From: a virus
Taxonomy: Duplodnaviria > Caudoviricetes
Virus record (IMG/VR): IMGVR_UViG_3300030430_000907
Coordinates: 1 to 58,357 of that record
Length of the DNA: 58,357 nt
Direction: 5' to 3' (one strand)
In this document: positions 22,901 through 30,688 of the stretch, piece by piece
How positions within the stretch are numbered: the stretch's first letter is position 1
Layout: each line of letters begins with the position of its first letter
Made by a program: the position numbers and the translations under genes
The notes under the pieces: model-generated
What the model saw: the letters and a program-made list of their open reading frames with translations, nothing else
What the model was told of the DNA's origin: nothing
Databases searched by the model: none

Positions 22901-25900
22901 CTTAAGGAAGTTAGTACCTTTAGCTAAAGAAAAAGGTTATACTTTAGAGAGTTTTAATGGTGACTCAAGTTATTTAGCTTATGAAACAGGACAAGAAGGA
23001 ACAAGCGGAAGTGGATATTCCAACGCTCTTGAAAGAGTTAGGAGTAAAAGAGGCGGACTCGAATCATCCAGTTTACAAAGAGCAGCCCTTTCTAATCTTT
23101 ACATCCCTATCTACAAAAAATACGAAAAGTTCGCAAGACAACTAGACGATTTTAATTTACCCCCACCACCATATACCCTACCAGGCAGTGCAGTAGGCAA
23201 TCTTAATAACATAAATTTAAAATCAGCAGAGGCACGTGCAAGAGCAATAAAAGATAGAGAAGACTTATCTCCTACAACAGTTCCAAAATTTAACGAGAAC
23301 GCAAATCCTTTAGCTCTAGCCATAGCTTATGATTATCAAGATGGCAAAATACCAGACGATACTCCACCAAAGATACCTCTTAAATATTCTAGAACAACAA
23401 CTAATGTTCCAGAAAAATATGCAGAAATATCTAAGAAAGTAGGTGAGTCTGAGATAAAAGAAAATAAAACTTTTGGAGCAGCCATACTAGATTCTTTTGC
23501 TTTAACTGATGATGATAGTTCAGTAAATTTTTTAGACAGAATATATAAAGCTTTAGTAGATAGATTAGCTTTCGTTGAAAGAGGAGTTAAACAGTCTGTA
23601 GATATTTTAAATAAACGAGCAGAAGAAGGTGATATTGAGGCAGCAGAAGCACAAAACTGGGCACAAAGTGGAGCTATGCAACAGCTACGTCATACTGATA
23701 AGTCTAATCAAATAGTAGCTCAAGCTATGACAAAAGGACCTCCTGTAATAAAAAGAGGTGACAAAGACCTTGGGATAACAACTACTATAGATTTTAAACA
23801 TGGTGGTCTAGCAGATATTTTTGCACCTTTATATGAAGACCCTAGTCTATTTCAAAATGAACAATATATGGGAGAACAGCTATTTAAAATACTAGCTGTG
23901 GGTTCTAGGTCAGAAACATTAAATGCTCAGGGTATAGAAGTGCCTTTAGATGAAGACATGATAAAGTTAGCACAAGAAATAAGAACTGACTTTCCTGTAG
24001 TTGCACAAGTCTATGATAGATATCAAGAATTTAATGCCAAGGTTATTGAGTTTGCAGTTGAGACTGGCATATTAGAGGGCACTAGAGACCCTGTTGATTT
24101 AGCTAGAGATATTGTTAAAGCTGCTGCGGAAAATGATATCCCTGGATACAAATTTAATTCTTTAAGAGAACTATCTTTAGGAGAGTTATCATCAATAGCT
24201 GGTGATTTAAACTCACAATTACGAGGAACAAAAGGTTTTGAGCCTATAAGAATAAAGTCTCAAGCAGATATGTGGTTAGAAAATTCTAACTATTATCCTT
24301 TCTATAGAAAAATGATAGATGAAACTATAGGAGGACCTAATGTTGCTGCAGGTATACTATCAGGTAATCCATTAAATATTCGTATAAAAGGCAGTAAAGA
24401 AGCATTAGAGCCAGCACCACTGGATGTTATTTTTAGAAACCTTCAAGCAATTACAAATGCTGCTATGAAGAATGAAGGTTTACAAAGATTAATGGAGTTA
24501 CATAGACAAGCAGGCAGGGCAGAACTGGCGACAGCCAATACTCCTATAACTCAAAAAGTTACAGTTTATGAAAATGGTAAGAAAGTAGAGTATCAAGTAG
24601 CTGATGCTTTATTAATAGATGGACTACAGTCTATGAATATGGCAGATGACTCTGGATTTTTAATAGGTTTAGCTGCAGGAGCTTCTAATATATTAAGGGA
24701 GGCAGTTACTAGAGACCCTATCTTTATGGTTAGAAACTTGACTAGAGATAGTTTAGTTTCAAGAGTTATAACAGGCGTTGACTATCTCCCTATAATAGAA
24801 ACATTTAAAAAATTTAATTCTGATATGACTGAATTGGAAAGGCGTGGAATTATAGGTGGTTATGATGCTGCAAGAGACCCAAATGATGCAGGTAAATTTT
24901 TCAGAAAATTAATGAAAAAAAGAAAGCTAGATGAATATGGGTCTTTAAATCCTTTTGATTCTGTAGTACAAATGTGGGATTGGTTAGGAGACCTGACTAC
25001 AGCATCAGATGGTGCAACTAGAAATGTAGTGTACGAAAAAGTTTTAGAGTTAACTGATAGTCAGGCTGAGGCATCTTATCAGGCTCTAGAGATTATGAAC
25101 TTTAACAGAAGAGGTAGTAATCCACTTTTTAAAATTGTTACCGCAGCTATACCTTTCTTAAATGCTAGAATACAAGGTTTAGACGTATTGGCTAGAGCAC
25201 ATAGAGGACATTATTCAGCAGTAAAAAAATTGCAAGGACAGTCTATTGATAGAAAAGAATTAGAGAGTGAAATCTTTATCGGCACTCTAACTAGAGGTAT
25301 GTTTTTAGCTATGGTAACTGCATTGTATTATCTGTTTGTTTCTGATGATGAAGTTTACAAAAATGCAAGAAGAGAAACGAGAGATGATAATTGGTTAATA
25401 CCATTAGGCAGAGATTTACCTGCTCTAAAAGTACCTATACCTTTTGAAGTTGGTGTTTTGTATAAGGTTATACCTGAGAGATTGATTGACTTAACATTTG
25501 GTGATGCTACGTTTGACCAGACTATGAAATCATTGTCAAGGCAGGCGATTGTCACGTTTAAAGCAGACCCTTTAGGATTTCAATTTGTCAAACCTATAGT
25601 TGAAGTTATGAACAACAGGAGTGCTTATTTAGGCACAGATATCATTCCCTTCTATATGAAAGAAGGAGTAACTGCACAAGCACAATACAATGCTAATACT
25701 ACTGAATTTTCCAAAGGTTTAAGTGAGGCGTTAGGAAACGTTGGTATAGATATTGCTCCGATACATTTAGATTACCTTATCACTGGATACACAGGAACTA
25801 TAGGAGTTTATATGTCTGCGGTTGCTGATGCAGTAGCAAAGCAAACTACAGGCGATGAAGTTGTGCCAAGAGATATAGAACGTCTACCTATGTTTAGGTC

Positions 25901-26243
25901 TATCTTGCAGTCTAGAGATGGCGGAGGACTTCTTCAAGAATTTTACGAAATGAGAAAAGAGAGCAATAAATTTATTGGCACAGTCAACAAATTAATTAAA
26001 GAAGGTAAGTCAGACCAACTGAATATGTATTACAACAACCCTGATGGTCTCTTACAAACTAGAGCAGAAATATTAAAGCTAGACAGATACATAGCACATA
26101 TGAGGGATTTAGAGACAAAAATTAGAGCAGACAAAAAAATAACAGGTGAAATGAAAAAGATGTTAATAGATGAAATTAAAGCAGAAAAGCAAAAGAGATT
26201 AGCATATTTTTTACCTGATTTAAGAGACAGGATTACAGGCTAA
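16980..26243 (+). CDS. Giant polyvalent virion protein (zincin HExxH, ART-like, HhH-glycosylase-like and LPD38-like domains)
   Basis: 3087 aa. NHEVIHAL..EEYVAE; VYHITP...PGVFVF; WYER...VIDRHM...QVQALIW; C-terminal IPFLNARIQG, KVPIPFEVG, KPIVEVMNN. Confidence 0.75.
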   Translation: MMARYTLPDGRVLDIDLEQLSSEDKVNLQNWLAETYPDNFDRYIEKDIQGYTAELFKGIPRGGLQTLASSAEGIVNLFDAGNDSEIGNSLRAFQQSLNENKYIGIGEGYEDAFATKLGAGLGSFASFLIPGGLAGKIAGRAGKGLDIAARKSLVQRAQTRGAAAVAVPAGVAEQGRNIERARELGEEVGYGQELVSELLGGAIGYTEVYSIERLLRYLPSGYAPVVNNRLGSAFVLGGMEGLQEATAGLLQDAVARGIYSEELPIGESALDDFTVGGAVGFIADLVLRNRMSGFNSDYVREQEQEARKRREELKFEAKEMFESTPESQTPDVDPRIILPELESNLDTLDANKVFKVKNQAAKVVGDLAVYNNKISNSVTPVKDNFGIDYAEIYLNEVFEKIEDNIRARTDLTEEQRNKLIQGAISSKSKELDDLLQAALDAAPTTAPDEPIQRLNAFNKEPVKEKLEIIDNPNGTFSVVGEESANDYGSVTYPDYNTAAIEMRKIENNIDKDFNTQRIKQALYLQGNYGNGTAAKIGSLVYDNLFNDIPKTFIANLDSTIKPARKTKTDAVKGAQQRINQGIFDDITGERPISEQDIAALNQIIEEGAQGNIPIKARKIQSDSLADNFNKKVEKLGLPIKENYTVAEAKKILNKNDFNDLMAERARVVHKLSVSTGTIFANQRNQDFIDSTIPGIQEILQKKNIETQISDAGFEYFAEQVTGEKKYSKMNQGQKDLLASRLKELPRFDVITKFPDFRPRPYTVKDVNDFYVNNKGKTITNEILKNNIKNRNGKNLSQNDIKILRQDLIDSGRAVVDKNKLKLTFDFELEQARRANGLNESQQEFRERLRNTTALSEEEIASRVQANEGADAATIEEGDLKLLPPPATLEKFERLFEIARGQLNKLGLSDVGLKFSDRLRSAGNLQEVNGKLVFTGATEAGAYDPSLNKIFLSFNSIDPNGTLTEKELESKIAGIMNHEVIHALRELDLLTEREYNLLVTYAKNTLKRIKVLNPEGKEVTLAQDITAKYTGPNTPDLDPVSLDEEYVAELFRVYVANPNDVKGKSKGILKKIVDFFKSILDAITGAGFRTPLGVLEDIKTGKIGKRERGKFRSNKDILAEQVNQNVPVTELKFSIDEDKLRKELDDAASELYTAQSILRAEGNRVSRRNYDAMYKRYQDANNKVIYLESELAKIPKQLSLKFGNVRKTGLPPKYSIDKITPRDPVVVEKKLTQEEKRNILDGEFVYHITPTKNARKIAEEGFNIFADSNYVKAGDGSRYQDSPGVFVFKNPYDAVAFVKRVNWKDEDNFSMIKLRKGNRRYEADKAADFQLYPNFSSNTAEDLGVELNEFSLNQLTRGQEDKSGNLRTTYYVPSLQTPEPFKPEDIVGIVTFPDMEKAFKDPIVDFRQYNNHSEESFNSNLDNPSPFGFAKIIDNLFETREAVEGAVKELNKFSPISPKFSRGTITPIELFGDGKLEQRIQREFLDNNKELTGKQIEDILKDFALKPTPKRKWIGTKELEQSMRDALARGDDPFWYERWADIKDDIGSANINEFSGVFGVTSEQAQPEKNLKDTLRTMIIARRVDPDKNPKKFINELKKANVGNKEPRRLQRILDFYELGILKREETGQKTATYGLEINRAMRNMFTPFSVIDRHMLRKFGIDSEKANQTEYRVMQAIIGNIAKYKGNNFTTKDGTPLNLSLPRQVQALIWADQRYTGPTRISNEGSYEAARRESSQELSEIKLMKQDGSFNSNRPLNGKFIYEPEYSTNIKDDPMSTEVSKDLYNATMNQSPSLAIELKPGVGRGYLPPNPIVNGNPLSFFDYRNFQLDVLKSITDGNQIKFLQDLGISHRVTESAGSYKDGFAVPNLVIQFPNSTATEIKDYGRLLGDAFLQDAVVYFKASTRGRQSTGVMFVKPDNSLLTQTELNDLVRDLKNIDRDFDFTLLAGHKVGPMVLDPKSFLEGQPYDKRQYANFLRKLVPLAKEKGYTLESFNGDSSYLAYETGQEGTSGSGYSNALERVRSKRGGLESSSLQRAALSNLYIPIYKKYEKFARQLDDFNLPPPPYTLPGSAVGNLNNINLKSAEARARAIKDREDLSPTTVPKFNENANPLALAIAYDYQDGKIPDDTPPKIPLKYSRTTTNVPEKYAEISKKVGESEIKENKTFGAAILDSFALTDDDSSVNFLDRIYKALVDRLAFVERGVKQSVDILNKRAEEGDIEAAEAQNWAQSGAMQQLRHTDKSNQIVAQAMTKGPPVIKRGDKDLGITTTIDFKHGGLADIFAPLYEDPSLFQNEQYMGEQLFKILAVGSRSETLNAQGIEVPLDEDMIKLAQEIRTDFPVVAQVYDRYQEFNAKVIEFAVETGILEGTRDPVDLARDIVKAAAENDIPGYKFNSLRELSLGELSSIAGDLNSQLRGTKGFEPIRIKSQADMWLENSNYYPFYRKMIDETIGGPNVAAGILSGNPLNIRIKGSKEALEPAPLDVIFRNLQAITNAAMKNEGLQRLMELHRQAGRAELATANTPITQKVTVYENGKKVEYQVADALLIDGLQSMNMADDSGFLIGLAAGASNILREAVTRDPIFMVRNLTRDSLVSRVITGVDYLPIIETFKKFNSDMTELERRGIIGGYDAARDPNDAGKFFRKLMKKRKLDEYGSLNPFDSVVQMWDWLGDLTTASDGATRNVVYEKVLELTDSQAEASYQALEIMNFNRRGSNPLFKIVTAAIPFLNARIQGLDVLARAHRGHYSAVKKLQGQSIDRKELESEIFIGTLTRGMFLAMVTALYYLFVSDDEVYKNARRETRDDNWLIPLGRDLPALKVPIPFEVGVLYKVIPERLIDLTFGDATFDQTMKSLSRQAIVTFKADPLGFQFVKPIVEVMNNRSAYLGTDIIPFYMKEGVTAQAQYNANTTEFSKGLSEALGNVGIDIAPIHLDYLITGYTGTIGVYMSAVADAVAKQTTGDEVVPRDIERLPMFRSILQSRDGGGLLQEFYEMRKESNKFIGTVNKLIKEGKSDQLNMYYNNPDGLLQTRAEILKLDRYIAHMRDLETKIRADKKITGEMKKMLIDEIKAEKQKRLAYFLPDLRDRITG

Positions 26244-26619
26244 ATAATCTAGTCTCTTCATCATAGTCAGGCTCTTCTAGTTTTTCTAGCCTTGATATCT
26301 CTTTCTCTTCTTTGAAAGGTTTAAGTCTAAAGAAACCTTCATGCTCAGGATACTTGGCATGAAACATACGAGCATAGAAAGATATGTAGTTATTACTTAT
26401 CTTAAACTCCCCACCTTGCGTTTCAATCTCTTCATTCCATCTTATGCGGTTGATGATTGCCCATTGAGAATAATGCTTTCTACCGCTACGTATAGCCTCT
26501 AGAGTGTAATCTCTAAAACGTTCCCATACTTTTGGGTTGTTCTTATGCCATTCCCACCATTCTTCTTTACGTTCCTGTAATTTTTTTTCGTAGTAACTAA
26601 TCATCATACCAATCCCCAC
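26233..26619 (-). CDS. Conserved phage hypothetical protein
   Basis: HKNNPKVWERF...IINRIRW...FKISNNYISFYARMF. Confidence 0.7.
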   Translation of the reverse strand: MGIGMMISYYEKKLQERKEEWWEWHKNNPKVWERFRDYTLEAIRSGRKHYSQWAIINRIRWNEEIETQGGEFKISNNYISFYARMFHAKYPEHEGFFRLKPFKEEKEISRLEKLEEPDYDEETRLFSL

Positions 26620-26716
26620 ATAATATTACACATCCCCAAACGACATACTTATAGATTAATATAAACATCATTAATACTAATCCCCATTCTAAAAGTTTTT
26701 TATTTTTCTCTTTCAC
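26597..26716 (-). CDS. Small membrane peptide (39 aa, absent from track)
   Basis: GGAGG SD, GTG start, one hydrophobic helix. Confidence 0.45.
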   Translation of the reverse strand: MKEKNKKLLEWGLVLMMFILIYKYVVWGCVILCGDWYDD

Positions 26717-26855
26717 TTTCTTCCTCCTTTTCTAGACAGAGTTTACATACATCACCATACTGTCTGACGTAGTTCCTCTGCCTTGACCTGTACATATTTA
26801 AAGGCAATCGCCTGTCACACACTGTACAAACTTTACCCATTACTTCTGACTTCAT
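26700..26855 (-). CDS. Small zinc-finger protein (51 aa, absent from track)
   Basis: CTVC...CKLC. Confidence 0.55.
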   Translation of the reverse strand: MKSEVMGKVCTVCDRRLPLNMYRSRQRNYVRQYGDVCKLCLEKEEESEREK

Positions 26856-26885
26856 GTTAGTTTTTTACCATATCCTCTGAGACCT

Positions 26886-26918
26886 GCAAAAGAACATACA
26901 CCAGTGAATATTCTTTGC
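26886..26918. promoter_or_regulatory. Copy of dispersed 22-bp palindrome (GAAYATWCAC-YR-GTGAATATTC)
   Basis: GCAAAAGAACATACACCAGTGAATATTCTTTGC, intergenic. Confidence 0.7.
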
Positions 26919-26927
26919 TGTGGATTT

Positions 26928-27245
26928 TCACTGAACTTCTCCTGAAAAAAGCAGATATTTTTCCACCTCTTTTAATAAGCTACTTTCAGAGCCATACATA
27001 TCCTCAAATCTCTTCTTATACGGGTGTCTACTTATTGGGTGTTCTTGATTACCTTTGCGATGATGCTCGAAACATAAGGGTAAAACTTTGAAGTGGCAAT
27101 CTTTTTTTGTCTTGCCTTCTACATGATGTATCTCGGCAGGCACGTAGCCTAAGCCACGCATACGACAGACGATACATCCTATCTGAGAAACTCTGTCCAT
27201 GTGCTTTTTCTCAGCTTTGTTTGGTGTTCTTCCTTTTAGTGCCAT
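26928..27245 (-). CDS. HNH-type nuclease (Ref/DUF968-like)
   Basis: GCIVC...AEIHH...VLPLCFEHHR. Confidence 0.8.
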   Translation of the reverse strand: MALKGRTPNKAEKKHMDRVSQIGCIVCRMRGLGYVPAEIHHVEGKTKKDCHFKVLPLCFEHHRKGNQEHPISRHPYKKRFEDMYGSESSLLKEVEKYLLFSGEVQ

Positions 27246-27327
27246 GCTTTTTCTTGCCGAAGATACTATCCCAGTTTTTGTCTATCTTCTTTTTATTCTC
27301 AGGTCTTCTATTACTTCCTTTTGACAT
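27211..27327 (-). CDS. Small basic peptide (38 aa, absent from track)
   Basis: MSKGSNRRPENKKKIDKNWDSIFGKKK. Confidence 0.55.
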   Translation of the reverse strand: MSKGSNRRPENKKKIDKNWDSIFGKKKHGTKRKNTKQS

Positions 27328-27387
27328 TACAAATAACTAGCAACAAATTGAATGAACTCGGTTAACATTTATTGCTAGTTAATCCTC

Positions 27388-27732
27388 CTACTCGTTAACG
27401 GCATATCTTCTACGTTCTTCTCTTTCATTAACCATTTTAGTTCGCCACTCCTCAAAGCCAACTTTAAGAGCATCTATCTGTAATTTTGTAGAGGAAAGAA
27501 ACCCAGTAGCTACTCCTACTTTGAGCCTTGCCTGATACAATTTATCCTGTGACTCTGCCCAAACTTCTTGGGAGGCTACAGTCTTACAACCACTAGCACT
27601 AGCCTCTGTCTTTAACAGAGCCAAAACTTTCTGTACATCTGCTTTAGCTTTAAAGACTTCATACTCTGCCCTCTCAACAACAGGAGCAAGCTTTCTAATC
27701 CTGTCCATCCATAGTTCTTGTTGTTCATCCAT
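27388..27732 (-). CDS. Hypothetical coiled-coil protein
   Basis: Helical ORF in the leftward operon. Confidence 0.65.
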   Translation of the reverse strand: MDEQQELWMDRIRKLAPVVERAEYEVFKAKADVQKVLALLKTEASASGCKTVASQEVWAESQDKLYQARLKVGVATGFLSSTKLQIDALKVGFEEWRTKMVNEREERRRYAVNE

Positions 27733-27735
27733 TCT

Positions 27736-28044
27736 CTAACACCTCGTAATAAATTTCATAACATCTTGATTGCTCATATCGGATAGCATTGACGAAGTCA
27801 AAGCCATAATTAACATTTTCTTTTCGTATTCATCTAGTTCCGCTATCAGTTTGTCCGCAACTAAAAGTACATCTTCATCCTCCCTTGTTTCTACTTCCTC
27901 TGTACAACCTACTTCTTCAGCTTGAAAATCAAATTCCAAACCTTGTTCTACTCTCCACTCTGCATGGGCAATAGCCTCCTCTTCATTTTCACAATCAAGA
28001 ACTTCTAGTTCTATCTCGGCAGTTACAATATATGTTTTACTCAT
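27736..28044 (-). CDS. Hypothetical acidic protein
   Basis: ATG 28044 follows a G-rich SD; paralogous to the upstream ORF. Confidence 0.65.
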   Translation of the reverse strand: MSKTYIVTAEIELEVLDCENEEEAIAHAEWRVEQGLEFDFQAEEVGCTEEVETREDEDVLLVADKLIAELDEYEKKMLIMALTSSMLSDMSNQDVMKFITRC

Positions 28045-28213
28045 TATCCCCCCCACATTGATAAGCCTCTAATTCATAGTCGAAATCAAGTTCTTCTATC
28101 TTCTTTTCTGCATAGGCAATAGCCTCATGTTCATCTATACAATCAAGTACTTCTACATCAATTACAGCACGTTTAAAAGTGACACAATAATCTTTCCTTT
28201 TATCTTTACTCAT
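28037..28213 (-). CDS. Hypothetical protein (58 aa, absent from track), paralog of 27736-28044
   Basis: GGAGG SD; VEVLDCIDEHEAIAYAE versus LEVLDCENEEEAIAHAE. Confidence 0.65.
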   Translation of the reverse strand: MSKDKRKDYCVTFKRAVIDVEVLDCIDEHEAIAYAEKKIEELDFDYELEAYQCGGDNE

Positions 28214-28395
28214 TTTTCCTCCTCTTCTTTTCTTTTGTTAAGTAAATTCATATATCTTGTCCAAAGTCGTCTGTCTGTTGGATGGACATTTCCACTCACT
28301 CGCCACCAATATTCATTCTCTCTCCAACCTTTGTAATATCGGCTTTCAACTTCAAACAACTTTTTTTCTATTTCTTCTACTGTTAGCCTGCTCAT
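28210..28395 (-). CDS. Hypothetical protein
   Basis: Strong GGAGGAGG SD. Confidence 0.65.
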   Translation of the reverse strand: MSRLTVEEIEKKLFEVESRYYKGWRENEYWWRVSGNVHPTDRRLWTRYMNLLNKRKEEEEK

Positions 28396-28406
28396 TTTCC
28401 TCCTCC

Positions 28407-28610
28407 TCAGTGCAACTCACTTTTCTTTGGTCTAAGATAACCATAATCAAGCATCTCTTGTGCAGTTCTACCTATTCTCCCTTGAAGTTTCCATGCCATA
28501 TCAGTATCAACTAATACTTGCCATGCCTCCAAGACTTCGTATTCATCGTTAGGGTCTCTTAATCCCTCAACGATATCTATCGCTTTATTTACATCCATAG
28601 TCTTACTCAC
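28407..28610 (-). CDS. Hypothetical protein
   Basis: AGGAG SD before GTG 28610; AWQVLVDTDMAWKLQGRIGR motif. Confidence 0.65.
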   Translation of the reverse strand: MSKTMDVNKAIDIVEGLRDPNDEYEVLEAWQVLVDTDMAWKLQGRIGRTAQEMLDYGYLRPKKSELH

Positions 28611-28707
28611 TATCTTCTCCTTCTCTGTTAAACCAAATGGCAAAACCTGTTGCCATTGCGGTAAAAATTAAAACCAATATAAAAATTACTACTAACTCAA
28701 AACTCAT
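28603..28707 (-). CDS. Small membrane peptide (34 aa, absent from track)
   Basis: GGGGG SD; single TM helix. Confidence 0.45.
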   Translation of the reverse strand: MSFELVVIFILVLIFTAMATGFAIWFNREGEDSE

Positions 28708-28717
28708 GTATCCCCCT

Positions 28718-28745
28718 AAAGAAAATACACCAGTGAATATTCTTT
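28718..28745. promoter_or_regulatory. Copy of dispersed palindrome
   Basis: AAAGAAAATACACCAGTGAATATTCTTT, intergenic. Confidence 0.7.
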
Positions 28746-28767
28746 GTTCCGCCATGTCGCTTGAAAG

Positions 28768-29013
28768 TCATTTCACTCGCCATACACCAACTCCTTTATC
28801 TAGTTTTCTTACTGAAAACTTTTTGCCTGCGTTTCGATGTTGATATCTTAAGACAGTGTTCCTGATGATAAGTATCTCCATAGGTACATCTGTTTTAGAC
28901 ATGGGTATCTCAACCATCTGTCCTTTCTTCAAGGCATCTAGATTTATATCGTACTTTATTGGTCTACCTCTGCTCTTAGGCAAAGGTATACCATCTTTAA
29001 TTTCGTATTCCAC
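28768..29013 (-). CDS. Small putative DNA-binding protein
   Basis: IKDGIPLPKSRGRP.KY...FSVRK...GVWRV; AGGAG SD. Confidence 0.65.
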   Translation of the reverse strand: MEYEIKDGIPLPKSRGRPIKYDINLDALKKGQMVEIPMSKTDVPMEILIIRNTVLRYQHRNAGKKFSVRKLDKGVGVWRVK

Positions 29014-29257
29014 TATTTCTCCTTTCTTGCATTTCTTCTAACCTTTCATCCCTACGCACACCTTTGATGAACGCAAGATAGTCCATCAAAAGGTTGTGTG
29101 CAGTAGTTCCAAATCCATCGCTTACATTTGATATCTCTTTTATCAACCTATCGTAAGCAATTTCAAATTCGTAGAACGTTGGCTCGTCAATGTTCTGCTC
29201 TATATCTTGCACAGTGTTCTTCCACTTCTGATATTTAGAATGGGATTTCGTCTTCAA
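28997..29257 (-). CDS. Hypothetical protein
   Basis: Overlapping ORF in the operon. Confidence 0.55.
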   Translation of the reverse strand: MKTKSHSKYQKWKNTVQDIEQNIDEPTFYEFEIAYDRLIKEISNVSDGFGTTAHNLLMDYLAFIKGVRRDERLEEMQERRNSGIRN

Positions 29258-29564
29258 AGTTACTTCCTCCGCTTGACTCTTGTGCTTGTTGAACAGGCTC
29301 TTGTTTTACCTCAACGTTCTCTTTCACTGGTTTGTCTTTACTCTCCTGTAAATCCATCCTCAGATACTTATACTCATTCCCTTGTTTGGAAGTTCTATTC
29401 CAAAGGGCAATACGTACTTCGGGGTCTCCACCTTCCTTTGCGACATTGACTAACTGCTTTAATAAGTCTTTATTAAATTCTAGTTTGCCTGTCCAATCAG
29501 GTTGAGTATCCTTGTCCTTGAACTTATTAATAAAAATAGTTCCTTCAGTTTGTGGTTTCTGCAT
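29235..29564 (-). CDS. Single-stranded DNA-binding protein
   Basis: GGAGG SD; QPDWTG...IALW...KYL and acidic tail EDEIPF; next to the annealase. Confidence 0.75.
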   Translation of the reverse strand: MQKPQTEGTIFINKFKDKDTQPDWTGKLEFNKDLLKQLVNVAKEGGDPEVRIALWNRTSKQGNEYKYLRMDLQESKDKPVKENVEVKQEPVQQAQESSGGSNFEDEIPF

Positions 29565-30291
29565 CGTTGTTACCTCCTTTAACAAAAACATCTAGCTTAT
29601 CTATGAAAGCCTGTCTCATTTCTTTGTAGACATCAGTAAACTTTTCTTTCATAAACTTACCATCTTCACTTTCACTCCATGCTTTCCACTGACCTGACAC
29701 AGAGTCCTTGTCTTCAAGAGCATCTAAGATAGCCAACAAGCCATCCTTAACTAGATTTGCTCCATCTAACGTGCCATCCACTTTCCAATCAACAGTATCT
29801 TTCTTTACTGGTTTCTCTTCAGCTACTGGCTTTACTTCTTTCTTAGGCTCTGCCTTTGGTTTGGCTTTGGTTTCTTCCTTAACCTCTTCTCTTGGCAAAT
29901 CCTCACCCGCAAAGATGTAGTGACCGAGACCAAACATAGCCAAGCATTTTACTAGACACCTCATTTTAGTATCGCTTACTTGCCTAGAGTTTGGATTAGC
30001 TATGGCATTGTTCTTATAGTCCATAACTGGTAGCCACATTTCACGTGAGCAATCTCCTATCTGCACCTTGCATATAACCTCAGCAGTACCATCAGGATAC
30101 TGAACGTAAGGTACTTTAGTCTCAGGTTGCACATAGAAATTGTAAGTAGCATCAGCAAAGTGTTCTTGAATAACACCCCATGCCCATGCCCATGAAAGAT
30201 AAGTTAGACCCATCTTTTGTTCTACCTTATCGTTACAATTAATAGCACTCAAGGTATTCCATATAGTCTTATAAGTAATTTTATCACTCAT
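29545..30291 (-). CDS. Sak-like single-strand annealing protein (DUF1071)
   Basis: LTYLSWAWAW, MWLPVMDYKN, MRCLVKCLAMFGLGHYIFAGEDLP. Confidence 0.88.
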   Translation of the reverse strand: MSDKITYKTIWNTLSAINCNDKVEQKMGLTYLSWAWAWGVIQEHFADATYNFYVQPETKVPYVQYPDGTAEVICKVQIGDCSREMWLPVMDYKNNAIANPNSRQVSDTKMRCLVKCLAMFGLGHYIFAGEDLPREEVKEETKAKPKAEPKKEVKPVAEEKPVKKDTVDWKVDGTLDGANLVKDGLLAILDALEDKDSVSGQWKAWSESEDGKFMKEKFTDVYKEMRQAFIDKLDVFVKGGNNDAETTN

Positions 30292-30688
30292 ATACTTTCT
30301 CCTCGTCACATCCTTCTGAAAGTTCGTCAAAATCTAAACAGGATAAATACCCATTAACCACTACGAAATCTTCGTATGTCATAGGTTGAATAACTACTAC
30401 AGATATAAGTCTTTGACCATCCCAGTGAGACTTCATGTGGTCGTTCCATTCACAGTGATGGTAATTCCAGTCAAGAATTAACTCTTCATACTGTTCCCAC
30501 TTTTCATCGTGAGCATTTAAGTCTTCTGCTGATGATACTAGAAAAGAATCTGTATATTCATGGCTACCATCTATGCATTTCGTTTTTACGTAAAAGTAGA
30601 AGTTTCCTTCTACATTATCTTCTACATTATTTTTTGCATCATTCATTAACATCCTCCGAAAATTGATTACAAAATTCAGCAACACCAC
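30284..30688 (-). CDS. Hypothetical protein
   Basis: ORF in the recombination operon; real start is probably a later ATG. Confidence 0.6.
   Translation of the reverse strand: MVLLNFVINFRRMLMNDAKNNVEDNVEGNFYFYVKTKCIDGSHEYTDSFLVSSAEDLNAHDEKWEQYEELILDWNYHHCEWNDHMKSHWDGQRLISVVVIQPMTYEDFVVVNGYLSCLDFDELSEGCDEEKVYE

Noticed and set aside
28037-28213. Frameshifted pseudogene
   Set aside because: On recount the frame is intact (58 aa); it was only below the track's length cutoff
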